Positions 18,244 through 27,263 of a stretch of DNA of 58,674 nucleotides are shown in pieces; the first letter of the stretch is position 1; each line of letters opens with the position of its first letter. Source of the DNA: an uncultured Succinatimonas sp. (GTDB lineage Bacteria; Pseudomonadota; Gammaproteobacteria; Enterobacterales; Succinivibrionaceae). Below the pieces are notes generated by a model. It was given only the letters and a program-made list of their open reading frames with translations, was not told the DNA's origin and ran no database searches. The stretch covers positions 1-58,674 of the forward strand of contig CAJKNC010000001.1 in assembly GCA_905201175.1 (NCBI GenBank). The letters are read 5' to 3'. The position numbers and the translations under genes were made by a program.

Positions 18244-20073
18244 ATGTGCGGAATTGTTGGAGCTACTGCGCAAAGAGAAGTTGCCCCTATCCTGCTTACT
18301 GGACTATCTAGACTTGAATATCGCGGCTACGATAGCGCAGGCATTTGTACACTTTCACAAAATAATTTCAATTGCTTAAAAACTACTTCTAAAGTAGCGG
18401 CTTTAACCTTAGAAGTAAAGGAACATGGCGCCAAAGGACACTTAGGCATAGCTCATACCCGCTGGGCAACCCATGGCATACCTTCTGTGCAAAATGCCCA
18501 TCCTCATATTTGCGATAATCTAGCCTTAGTTCATAATGGCATTATTGAAAATTTTAAAGAGATAAAAGCCAGACTCTTAAATCTTGGCTATAGCTTCAAA
18601 TCTGAAACAGATACTGAGGTTTTACTTTGCTTAATTCATTACTATCAAAAAAATAGTAATAATCTTAAAGAGGCTTTATTAAAAGCTTTAAATGAAGTAA
18701 GCGGCTCATATGCTATTGCTCTTATAGATAAAAACGAAGATGGCGTTTTATATGCAGCTCGCTGCGGCTCTCCTTTAGTTATAGGACTTGGTATAGGAGA
18801 GAACTTTGTTGCCTCTGATATTTTGGCTCTATTACCGGTAACTCGAAGCTTCATTTACCTCGATGAGAAAGAAATCGCCACAATTACTACCGATAAAGTA
18901 GAAGTTTTGGGCCTAGATGGTTCCGTACACATAAAAAAAGCTCAAGAAACAGAAATTGACGCAGAAAGTATCTCTAAAGGCACTTTTGATCACTATATGC
19001 AAAAAGAGATTTTTGAGCAGCCGGATGCTTTGCGCAATACTATGCTAGAGCGCTTAGATAAAGATGCCGTAAAAATTGAAACTGTAATAGGCCTTAAGGA
19101 AGATAGTTTCAAAGATTTAAACAATATTCAGATAGTAGCCTGTGGAACCTCTTTTCATGCAGGATTAGTTGGAAAATATTGGTTTGAGGAGCTTACAGAC
19201 ATACCCTGCAATATAGATATTGCCTCAGAATATCGCTATCGTCATGCTGTCGTACGTGAGAACTCTCTATTTATAACCATCTCTCAATCTGGAGAGACTG
19301 CTGACACTTTAGCCTCTTTACGCCTAGCCAAAAAACAAGGCTATAAATATTCATTATGTATTTGCAATGTAAACGGAGCTTCTTTAGTCAGAGAATCTGA
19401 TTTTACTCTGCTCACCCGTGCTGGAGCCGAAATCGGCGTAGCCTCTACAAAAGCCTTTACTACCCAATTATTAAGCTTATTGATGCTGGCGCTAATTATT
19501 GCAAAACAAAAGAATAGCTTAGATGCTCAAAAAAGAGCGGAGATTATTTCATCTTTAAGGCAATTACCTTCTTTGTGTTCTAAATTCTTATCAAAGGATC
19601 AAGAAATCTTAGCCTTAGCCTCTGAATTTGCTGATAAACATCACTGTCTCTTCCTTGGCCGCGGCGTTATGTATCCAATTGCTTTAGAAGGAGCTTTAAA
19701 ACTAAAAGAAATTAGCTACATTCATGCTGAAGGCTATGCCGCAGGAGAATTAAAACATGGGCCAATTGCGCTTATAGACCGCAATATGCCTGTAGTGGTA
19801 GTTGCTCCTGATAATGCCCTCATGAGTAAATTAGTATCTAATATTGAAGAAGTAAAAGCTCGCGGAGGGAAACTATACATTTTCAACTCAGAAGAAAACT
19901 CTCTGAAATCTGATGGCAAAACAAAAGTCATCGCTTTTTGTGACTGTCCTGAAATTTTACAGCCAATACTTTTTACTATTCCATTACAGCTTTTAGCTTA
20001 TCATTGCGCGGTTATAAATGGTACAGATGTTGATCAACCTCGCAATTTAGCAAAATCAGTGACGGTTGAGTAA
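18244..20073 (+). CDS. glmS: Glutamine--fructose-6-phosphate transaminase
   Basis: 'MCGIVG', 'LEYRGYDSAG', 'HTRWATHG', 'SQSGETADT', C-terminus 'DQPRNLAKSVTVE'. Confidence 0.98.
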   Translation: MCGIVGATAQREVAPILLTGLSRLEYRGYDSAGICTLSQNNFNCLKTTSKVAALTLEVKEHGAKGHLGIAHTRWATHGIPSVQNAHPHICDNLALVHNGIIENFKEIKARLLNLGYSFKSETDTEVLLCLIHYYQKNSNNLKEALLKALNEVSGSYAIALIDKNEDGVLYAARCGSPLVIGLGIGENFVASDILALLPVTRSFIYLDEKEIATITTDKVEVLGLDGSVHIKKAQETEIDAESISKGTFDHYMQKEIFEQPDALRNTMLERLDKDAVKIETVIGLKEDSFKDLNNIQIVACGTSFHAGLVGKYWFEELTDIPCNIDIASEYRYRHAVVRENSLFITISQSGETADTLASLRLAKKQGYKYSLCICNVNGASLVRESDFTLLTRAGAEIGVASTKAFTTQLLSLLMLALIIAKQKNSLDAQKRAEIISSLRQLPSLCSKFLSKDQEILALASEFADKHHCLFLGRGVMYPIALEGALKLKEISYIHAEGYAAGELKHGPIALIDRNMPVVVVAPDNALMSKLVSNIEEVKARGGKLYIFNSEENSLKSDGKTKVIAFCDCPEILQPILFTIPLQLLAYHCAVINGTDVDQPRNLAKSVTVE

Positions 20074-20225
20074 AATTTGCATAGTTTGTGTTTTAAGATA
20101 GTGGATCATTAACTAACATTATAAATTTTCTAAAAAATATGCGCTCATTACCTTAAGGAAAAGAGCTTTTAGTTATTTTCATTAATAATGACTTTTAATA
20201 AAAGGATAAACTCCTATTAGTAAAT

Positions 20226-20255
20226 AGGTCCATCTTGTCGATGGACCTGTTCTTT
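20226..20255 (+). terminator. Hairpin/terminator in the glmS downstream spacer
   Basis: AGGTCCATC-ttgtc-GATGGACCT followed by GTTCTTT. Confidence 0.55.
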
Positions 20256-20703
20256 GATAATTTATTTTTATAGACAGCGAAACTTCTTAACCGCGAATAT
20301 AAAAAGCTGTTTGTCTCTGGACATTAAATACTTATCTATGCTTCTAATTCATGCAATTTTTAATATAGGTTATTTGCCATAGCTTCTATTATTGCTGTTA
20401 GATAAGTTGCAGTTTTTCTTAATAGCATTTTATGCCATATAAAAATTATTTTTAAATTAAGAATTCATCAACAATTTAAAATTTTTAATATTCGTTCGCA
20501 CTTCTATTTATTATTTATAATCATCAATATTAACTAGTAAAAAATAAGAGCTTTTTAGATGTCTATAAAAGAAATTTTCAAAAGCATTCATATTTACAGA
20601 TAAATTGTATTAAAAGTTTATTTCAAGAATTTAAAAAAGCCCTGTTTCTTCTTTAAGCTAATGCTGATAAAAATAATAATTGAGCCACTTTTAGGCACTA
20701 ACT

Positions 20704-22557
20704 ATGCTTATCTTCAATAGACCTTCTTGGACCGAAAAAATAGGCTACCTTTTAGGGGCCATAGGTAAAGATACAGTTTATATGCTAATTTCAGCATTTT
20801 ACTTACTTTATCTTTATCAAGAACTTAAATTATCCTTAACCTTTATTACTGTTGCTTTCTTCAGTATAAGAATCTTTGATGCCTGCAGTGACATCTTCAT
20901 CGGCTACTTTTTTGACAGATTTCATAGCCGTTATGGAAAGTTTAAACCGGCCTTATTGCTTGGCGGATTTTTATCTGCAATATTAACGATCATGATGTTC
21001 AATCCGCCTGCTCTGCAGGGCTATTCACTTTACGCTTACTTTATTATTACTTATATATTATGGACAATCTCATACTCAATCCATGACATTGCTTTTTGGG
21101 GGTTAATTCCAACCTTTGGTTCTGACAGCAAAACTCGCGAAACCATGACCATTATTCCCCGTTCTGGAGCTCTAATTGGCGCTCAAGCAGTGCTTTTATT
21201 AGGGCTTCCTTTTTTATATTATTTGAAAAATGATCTTCATTTATATTCCAATTACTTTGGAATTTTTGCCGGGCTATTAGCTTCATTTTATTTTATATCA
21301 ACAATAATTACTGTTTTTTCTATTAAAGACCGTACTATAAACTATGAACATAAAAGAATAAGCTTAAGACTGCTAGGAGAAATAATTTTCCACAACGATC
21401 AGCTGATCGTTATCGCTCTATTATCATTTTTTCAGCAGCTCATCATAAGCATTGTTAACAGTTCTATCTTTTTGTTCTTATTTTCAAAGCCTCATGGCAC
21501 CGAATTGCTTTCAGATTATATATTGCCAAGCATAATCGCGCAGCTACTGGCATATATATGCTTCAAGCCTAGTTGTCATATTTTCTCACGCCGCTTTGTA
21601 ATTATATGTTCATGCGTACTTATGGCTATTGGCTACACTGTCATGTTCTTCTCAGAACCGCAAAATGACCACATTATAAATTTATTTACCCTCTCCTATG
21701 GATTATCCTGCTTTGGTATGGCATGGTCTATTGCTTCAACTACGGTAATGAGTGCCGACTGTGTTGATTATGGTGAATTTAAACACAATATCAGAACTGA
21801 AGGAATTGTTTTTGCTTTTCAGACTGCCTCTGCCAAGTTCAGCCTAGCTGTAGCTATTGCTATTTCTGGATTCTCATTTAATATTGAAAGCATTCTATTA
21901 AGTCAGCTCCAAAAGCAATCTTATATTTTCTCTATAAGATTTACCTTAGTAATCGTATTTTTACTAAGTATTGCCATGATCGTAATTTACTTAAGCTCCT
22001 ATCGCTTACATGGTCATTTTTTCCAGAATATTTTAAATTCAATTGAACTTTTTAGAACCCAAAGCAGTAATTATTTAAAGAAAAGCTCAACTTTCCCTTT
22101 ACGTTATGCTTTAGACTGCGAGGCAGTGATTTGTAATCTCAAAGCAGATTCCATAGACGAAGTTTTATCTTTAATGGCTTCGCGCTTATACAAGATTTCT
22201 GCTATAAGTTCAAAAAGTGAATATTTAAAAAGAATCAAGGAGAAAATGGCAGAAACTCCAGCCGGCATTGCTGACGGCATAGCTATTCCACATGTAAGAG
22301 GTGATGGAATCAAGCGTATGGCCATAGCTATTGCAACTTTAGAAAAACCTCTTGATTTCGGTGCTCCAGATGGTAAAAAATGTGATCTCATTTTTATGCT
22401 GGCTAGCCCTGACGATCATGTATCTCATTTAAATTTATTAGGGCAGCTTTCAATAATTTTAAATATTCCTGGCTTTGCTGATAAATTAAGATCAGCAGGG
22501 TCTAGCCTTGAAATTACAGATAGAATATTAAAATGCGAAAAACAATTGAAAAGTTAA
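20704..22557 (+). CDS. MelB-like glycoside-pentoside-hexuronide:cation symporter fused to a C-terminal PTS EIIA (Ntr/Fru-type) domain
   Basis: GPH motifs 'GAIGKD', 'RIFDACSD', 'SRYGKFKP', 'YSIHDIAFW', 'ADCVDYGEFK...RTEG'. The C-terminal ~150 aa contain 'GIADGIAIPH', 'PLDFGAPDGKKCDLIFML' and 'HLNLL'. Confidence 0.88.
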   Translation: MLIFNRPSWTEKIGYLLGAIGKDTVYMLISAFYLLYLYQELKLSLTFITVAFFSIRIFDACSDIFIGYFFDRFHSRYGKFKPALLLGGFLSAILTIMMFNPPALQGYSLYAYFIITYILWTISYSIHDIAFWGLIPTFGSDSKTRETMTIIPRSGALIGAQAVLLLGLPFLYYLKNDLHLYSNYFGIFAGLLASFYFISTIITVFSIKDRTINYEHKRISLRLLGEIIFHNDQLIVIALLSFFQQLIISIVNSSIFLFLFSKPHGTELLSDYILPSIIAQLLAYICFKPSCHIFSRRFVIICSCVLMAIGYTVMFFSEPQNDHIINLFTLSYGLSCFGMAWSIASTTVMSADCVDYGEFKHNIRTEGIVFAFQTASAKFSLAVAIAISGFSFNIESILLSQLQKQSYIFSIRFTLVIVFLLSIAMIVIYLSSYRLHGHFFQNILNSIELFRTQSSNYLKKSSTFPLRYALDCEAVICNLKADSIDEVLSLMASRLYKISAISSKSEYLKRIKEKMAETPAGIADGIAIPHVRGDGIKRMAIAIATLEKPLDFGAPDGKKCDLIFMLASPDDHVSHLNLLGQLSIILNIPGFADKLRSAGSSLEITDRILKCEKQLKS

Positions 22558-23282
22558 TTATTTGTTTATCTTTATTTATTCCTTCTCTTTTACAGGCACA
22601 AGCTTTGCAAGTATGCGCTGTACCGCAAACTTATGGAGCTTTAGAGGCTATTGCTAAAATAGCTCCCATTGAATTTAAAAATAACTTTGCTACTGCTTCT
22701 GATATTTATGCAAAAATTGCCAATCAAAGCGGTCAATGTGATCTTGTCATCGCATCAGATGAGAAGCTCCCTATTTTACTTATACGCTCAAATAAGGCTA
22801 AAAGCCACCTTAAGCAGCCTCTAGTCAGGGCTCCTTTATTATTGTGGTCAGCTAACCCTAAGCTTTTAGACAAAACAGCACAAGCTGTAAGTCAAAAACG
22901 TTTAAAATCTATCGCCTTAGCTGATCCTCGTTTAACTCCGGTAGGATTTGCAACGCATAAAATTGTCTCTCAAAGCAATTTTCCTACGTCTTACCTTAAG
23001 GGACATATCTATCGCGCTGATCATGAATATCAGGTTTTTGCCATGGTTGCAGAAGGAAATGTTGAATGCGGCTTTTTAACTAAGCCGCTGATTGTAAAAA
23101 ATGGCAAGACCTTTGGCTCTTATTGGCAGGTACCGCGCAGCAATTATCCTGATTTAATTTATTATGCTTTACCTTTAAACGAGAGCAAACATCCTCGCGA
23201 TATCCAGACTTTAGTAAAATTTTTAACAGAGGATCCAAAAGCTTTAAATATTTTTATAAATTCAGGTTTTGCTAAACTTTAA
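22533..23282 (+). CDS. ModA-like periplasmic solute (oxyanion) binding protein, divergent
   Basis: Signal peptide, 'IYAKIAN...CDLVIASDEKLP', 'IALADPRLTPVG', 'VAEGNVECGF'. No modB/modC adjacent. Confidence 0.7.
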   Translation: MRKTIEKLIICLSLFIPSLLQAQALQVCAVPQTYGALEAIAKIAPIEFKNNFATASDIYAKIANQSGQCDLVIASDEKLPILLIRSNKAKSHLKQPLVRAPLLLWSANPKLLDKTAQAVSQKRLKSIALADPRLTPVGFATHKIVSQSNFPTSYLKGHIYRADHEYQVFAMVAEGNVECGFLTKPLIVKNGKTFGSYWQVPRSNYPDLIYYALPLNESKHPRDIQTLVKFLTEDPKALNIFINSGFAKL

Positions 23283-24019
23283 TCCTGACTTAAATAGCAA
23301 TCAAAACGACATGCCTTGCCATCAATGCTGTAATTACAAGGTATTAGCGGCGGAACACTTTCTGGCCGCTTAATTACGGTCCTATATTTTGGAAGCTTCA
23401 GTAATTCTCTTGCATAAGACAAGCTGTCGCTATCTGCTCCGACAAAACTATGAAATATCTGCATTTCCTTTTTAACTAAAGCTTTTTTAGTGCGGCTTGG
23501 AAACATAGGATCATAATAAATAACATCACATTTAAAATCTGCTGCCTGCTGCATATAAGCTAAGAAGGTACCATAAGGCATCAATTGCGGTAATCCCTGA
23601 GGAAAGCTGGCTGAAAATTGTTTATCCTCAAGCGCTCGGCGTCTGGCATCTAATAAAAATAACCATACCAAAGGATTACGTTCAAACATCAAAACATGAG
23701 CGCCAGCATTTTGCAATACTAAGGAATCTCGGCCTAACCCCGCCGTAGCATCTACCACTAAGGGAGCTTTTAATTTACCGATTACGGCTTTAGCTACAGC
23801 CTCGGAGTGCTTGCCTGAATGTTTGAAACGCCATTGCCAAGCCCCTAAAGTCCAATCAAGCACAAAAGGCTTAAACTTAGGATCCGCAAAATGCAGCTCT
23901 AATGTTTCATAAGCATATAAGGTAGCATCCTTATCTTTATATAAGTCGCTACACTGCTTCTTTAAATTTAAAACCTCTTCATATAAAGGGTATTGAGGAT
24001 GGATATCAAACTTAAGCAT
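23279..24019 (-). CDS. rsmJ: 16S rRNA m2G1516 methyltransferase
   Basis: 'VVDATAGLGRDS', 'FERNP', 'VIYYDPMFP', 'ALVKKEMQIF', 'VIKRP', 'RFDCY'. Confidence 0.9.
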   Translation of the reverse strand: MLKFDIHPQYPLYEEVLNLKKQCSDLYKDKDATLYAYETLELHFADPKFKPFVLDWTLGAWQWRFKHSGKHSEAVAKAVIGKLKAPLVVDATAGLGRDSLVLQNAGAHVLMFERNPLVWLFLLDARRRALEDKQFSASFPQGLPQLMPYGTFLAYMQQAADFKCDVIYYDPMFPSRTKKALVKKEMQIFHSFVGADSDSLSYARELLKLPKYRTVIKRPESVPPLIPCNYSIDGKACRFDCYLSQD

Positions 24020-24833
24020 TGCGGCCACAACGCTTAGCAAATTCTATATAAGTCTGATGCAAATCCGGGCGCTGCTGAGTCCATAATTCAAAGCTTAATG
24101 CTGCCTGACCTAAAAGCATTCCCAGACCGTCATGACTCTCTTTAACCCCTAAACTGCGAGCCTTTTCAACAAAAGCCGTATTTCCATCTTGCTTATACAT
24201 AAGATCATAAACAAAGCTAGCCTTTGCAATAACCTCATCTGCAATTGGAGGCAAATCTCCTTTTAAACTTGCAGAAGTAGCATTGATAATTACTTCATAT
24301 TGAGGCTTTAAACTTGAATACAGAACAACCTTAACTCCAGGATGCTCCTTAGCTAATTCAAAAGCCTTAAGCTCATTACGATTAACGATAGCAAGCAATT
24401 CCGGCTTTTTATCTAAAATTGGCAATAAGATTCCGCGTGCAGCTCCGCCTGCACCAACAATTAAAACACGCTTGCCGCTGATTTGACATCCCAGTCGCTC
24501 TAAATCAGCCATTAAGCCGCGGCCATCCGTATTATCCCCTAAAATCTTACCGTTATCTAAGCGTTTTAACGTATTAACGGCACCAGCTGCTTTAGCATAA
24601 TCAGTTAGTTCATCGGCAAAATTATAAGCATCAAGCTTACATGGAACCGTAATATTACATCCACATAATCCTGAAGCAAAAAGCTTTGAAGCTAAAGATG
24701 CAAACTGACCGTCTTGAACTAAAACACGCTCATAACTTATATCTTGATTACATATTTTAGCAAAATAATTATGAATTTCCGGAGATAGAGAATGCGCAAT
24801 AGGATTACCCATAACCACATAACGATAGGTCAT
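24012..24833 (-). CDS. aroE: Shikimate dehydrogenase
   Basis: 'GNPIAHSLSPEIH', 'NITVPCK', 'AGAVNT', 'GDNTDG', 'GAGGAAR', 'DGLGML'. Confidence 0.96.
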   Translation of the reverse strand: MTYRYVVMGNPIAHSLSPEIHNYFAKICNQDISYERVLVQDGQFASLASKLFASGLCGCNITVPCKLDAYNFADELTDYAKAAGAVNTLKRLDNGKILGDNTDGRGLMADLERLGCQISGKRVLIVGAGGAARGILLPILDKKPELLAIVNRNELKAFELAKEHPGVKVVLYSSLKPQYEVIINATSASLKGDLPPIADEVIAKASFVYDLMYKQDGNTAFVEKARSLGVKESHDGLGMLLGQAALSFELWTQQRPDLHQTYIEFAKRCGRNA

Positions 24834-25423
24834 ATTTCTTCCTTAAATCCTGGTCCCTGACGAATAAGAGTATGAGTTAATGTATCATAAATAGACGAAG
24901 GCAAAAGCTGACCTCCGCATTCAAGCGCAATGACTAAATCAACTCCGATAATAACATTAAGATCCAAATCATCAAGCGTACTTACTGCGCTCTGCCCTGA
25001 AATATTCGCACTTGTAGAAATTAAAGGCTTTCCTAACTTTTCGCATAGCTTAGCTAAAGGCGCAAATGCCGTAACTCTGAAGGCTAAAGTATGATTATCT
25101 CTTATGGCTGAGCTCTTAAATTCTTGATTAACAGGAACTACAAAAGTATGAGGACCAGGCCAATTAGCTTCCATAAGAGCCAAATCCTGAGAATTTATGC
25201 GCTCTAGATCCAAGTGCTGATTTAAAAAATCACGCTTGCAATCAACCATAATAAGTCCTTTAGCCGTATCACGTTTTTTTAACGCAATAATTCTTCTAAT
25301 TGCCTCTTCATTAGTAGCATCACAGCTTAAACCATACACTCCTTCTGAAGGGCAAATAATAACCGCGCCTTGACGCAAAGCATCAACAGCACGGTCTAAC
25401 TCAGTGGTAACTTGAGCTATCAT
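24830..25423 (-). CDS. tsaC: L-threonylcarbamoyladenylate synthase (YrdC/Sua5)
   Basis: 'PSEGVYGLSCD', 'LKKR...KGLI', 'WPGPHT', 'STSANISG'. Confidence 0.93.
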   Translation of the reverse strand: MIAQVTTELDRAVDALRQGAVIICPSEGVYGLSCDATNEEAIRRIIALKKRDTAKGLIMVDCKRDFLNQHLDLERINSQDLALMEANWPGPHTFVVPVNQEFKSSAIRDNHTLAFRVTAFAPLAKLCEKLGKPLISTSANISGQSAVSTLDDLDLNVIIGVDLVIALECGGQLLPSSIYDTLTHTLIRQGPGFKEEI

Positions 25424-25424
25424 T

Positions 25425-25925
25425 TTAAGCCTTAAATTTTTCTTGCAAGGCTTGATTCTTAGCGATAACTGCTTCCTTAGCTTTTTGTCTATCAGCCTTA
25501 ACTAAAGCATCTAAAGCAGGATCGCTTAATGCCATGATTTGTGCAGCTAAATAGGCGGCATTCTTAGCACCTGCTTTGCCTACAGCTACACAAGCCACAG
25601 GTATTCCGCCAGGCATTTGTACAGTAGAATAAAGGGCATCAATGCCAGACAAAGGACCGCCGTCACAGGGAATACCAATAACAGGTCTAGTAGTACGGGC
25701 TGCAATAGCTCCTGCTAAATGAGCTGCTAAACCAGCGGCACCGATAAAAACAGCACATCCACGCTTTTCAGCATCGGTTACATAAGCACAAACTTCATCT
25801 GGAGTACGGTGTGCAGATGCAACAGTCACCTCATACTTAATACCAAAACCTTTTAAAACTGCCATGGTATTTTCTAAAAGCGGGAGATCAGAGTCAGAAC
25901 CCATTAAAATCGCAACGAAAGCCAT
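25425..25925 (-). CDS. purE: N5-CAIR mutase / AIR carboxylase catalytic subunit
   Basis: 'MGSDSD', 'SAHRTP', 'AGLAAHLAG', '[12 protein letters not shown]'. Confidence 0.96.
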   Translation of the reverse strand: MAFVAILMGSDSDLPLLENTMAVLKGFGIKYEVTVASAHRTPDEVCAYVTDAEKRGCAVFIGAAGLAAHLAGAIAARTTRPVIGIPCDGGPLSGIDALYSTVQMPGGIPVACVAVGKAGAKNAAYLAAQIMALSDPALDALVKADRQKAKEAVIAKNQALQEKFKA

Positions 25926-25962
25926 TTTTTATCCTCACAAAAAACAAATAATATGAATTTTA

Positions 25963-26517
25963 TCACGTATTTTCTTTACTAGCAGACGCTTTTTTACGTC
26001 TGCGTGTAGAACATAAGGGATTCCCGCATATAAGCCTTATTCCCTTTTTAGTAACTTTTTCATATTTTAACGGAAAACCACAACAATCACAGCTTTGCGC
26101 TACAGGCTTGCCCGGAAGAGCATAATCACAGCTAGGATAGCGATTGCATGCATAAAAAATTCGTCCCTGCCGATTACTTCGCTTTTGCAGCCTGCCTTTA
26201 CGGCAAATTGGACAATCTGCCTCCGCCTCCTGATTATGAGAGGCCACAAAATTACAAGCAGGATAATTAGAGCAGCCTATAAAAAGACCATAGCGGCCGC
26301 GCTTTACCTGCAAAACAGCTCCGCACTGGGGACATCTTGCATTAAGTTCTAATATGACTTTTACATTATGCGATATGGCAACAGGGGTTAAAAAATCACA
26401 AGCTGGATATTCAGAGCAGCCTAAAAAATCACCGCGCTCTGAATGCCTTAACACTAAAGGAGCTCCGCACTGGGGGCAAGAATCCCCCTCTTTCCATGGC
26501 TTATCTTTATCTTCCAT
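25963..26517 (-). CDS. yrdD: Topoisomerase C4 zinc-finger repeat protein (YrdD-like)
   Basis: Repeated CPxCG...F(L/I)GCS(E/N)YPAC units. Lies between def and tsaC as in other gammaproteobacteria. Confidence 0.85.
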   Translation of the reverse strand: MEDKDKPWKEGDSCPQCGAPLVLRHSERGDFLGCSEYPACDFLTPVAISHNVKVILELNARCPQCGAVLQVKRGRYGLFIGCSNYPACNFVASHNQEAEADCPICRKGRLQKRSNRQGRIFYACNRYPSCDYALPGKPVAQSCDCCGFPLKYEKVTKKGIRLICGNPLCSTRRRKKASASKENT

Positions 26518-26696
26518 GATTAATCCTAAATCTGTTTACCCCTAAATATTTTACAATGCCTAAGCAAATACATCGCCTTAATTTTATTAAAATAGGCAGT
26601 CTATGCCTTTTTTCAATCTATTGCTTTTTTCTGCTCTTTTATCAAAATAAAGTTCTGAAAATGGTAAACTTAGCTTAGTTTTAATAGAGGACTAAT

Positions 26697-27227
26697 ATGA
26701 CTATTCGCAACGTTGTAATCTATCCTGATGAGATTTTAAGAAAACCAAACGCTACTGTTAATGTTTTTGATGAAGAATTAAAGCAATTATGTGCTGATAT
26801 GTTCGACACTATGTACAAAAATGAAGGTATAGGTTTAGCGGCTCCACAAATTGGCATTAATAAAAAAATCGTTGTAATTGATATCCCAGATGAAGATGAC
26901 ATACAAGGGAAAAAACAGATGATTTTCATTAATCCTAAAATTACCAAACTTGACGGAGAAATGATTGAATCTCAAGAAGGCTGCTTATCTGTACCTGGCT
27001 ATCAAGATACCGTTATGCGCTATCCTCGTATCAGCGTCAGCTATCAAGATGTAAATGGTCAAAATCAGGAGCTTAATGATGTTGAAGGCTTGCTAGCTGT
27101 ATGCATACAGCATGAGACAGATCATTTAAATGGCATAGTTTTTGTCGACAAACTCTCTAGACTAAAACAAGAGCGCTTAAAGAAAAAATACGGAAAAATT
27201 CTCAAAGATCTTCATAAAGGCGAATAA
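26697..27227 (+). CDS. def: Peptide deformylase
   Basis: 'GIGLAAPQ', 'EGCLS', 'QHETDHLNG'. Confidence 0.97.
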   Translation: MTIRNVVIYPDEILRKPNATVNVFDEELKQLCADMFDTMYKNEGIGLAAPQIGINKKIVVIDIPDEDDIQGKKQMIFINPKITKLDGEMIESQEGCLSVPGYQDTVMRYPRISVSYQDVNGQNQELNDVEGLLAVCIQHETDHLNGIVFVDKLSRLKQERLKKKYGKILKDLHKGE

Positions 27228-27263
27228 CTGATTTGTATGGAGCTAACTCTCCTAAGGAAATGC

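Noticed and set aside
20074..20200. Tn7 end downstream of glmS
   Set aside because: A TGTG occurs at 20087, but there are no repeated TnsB-type sites, no matching opposite end and no tns genes.
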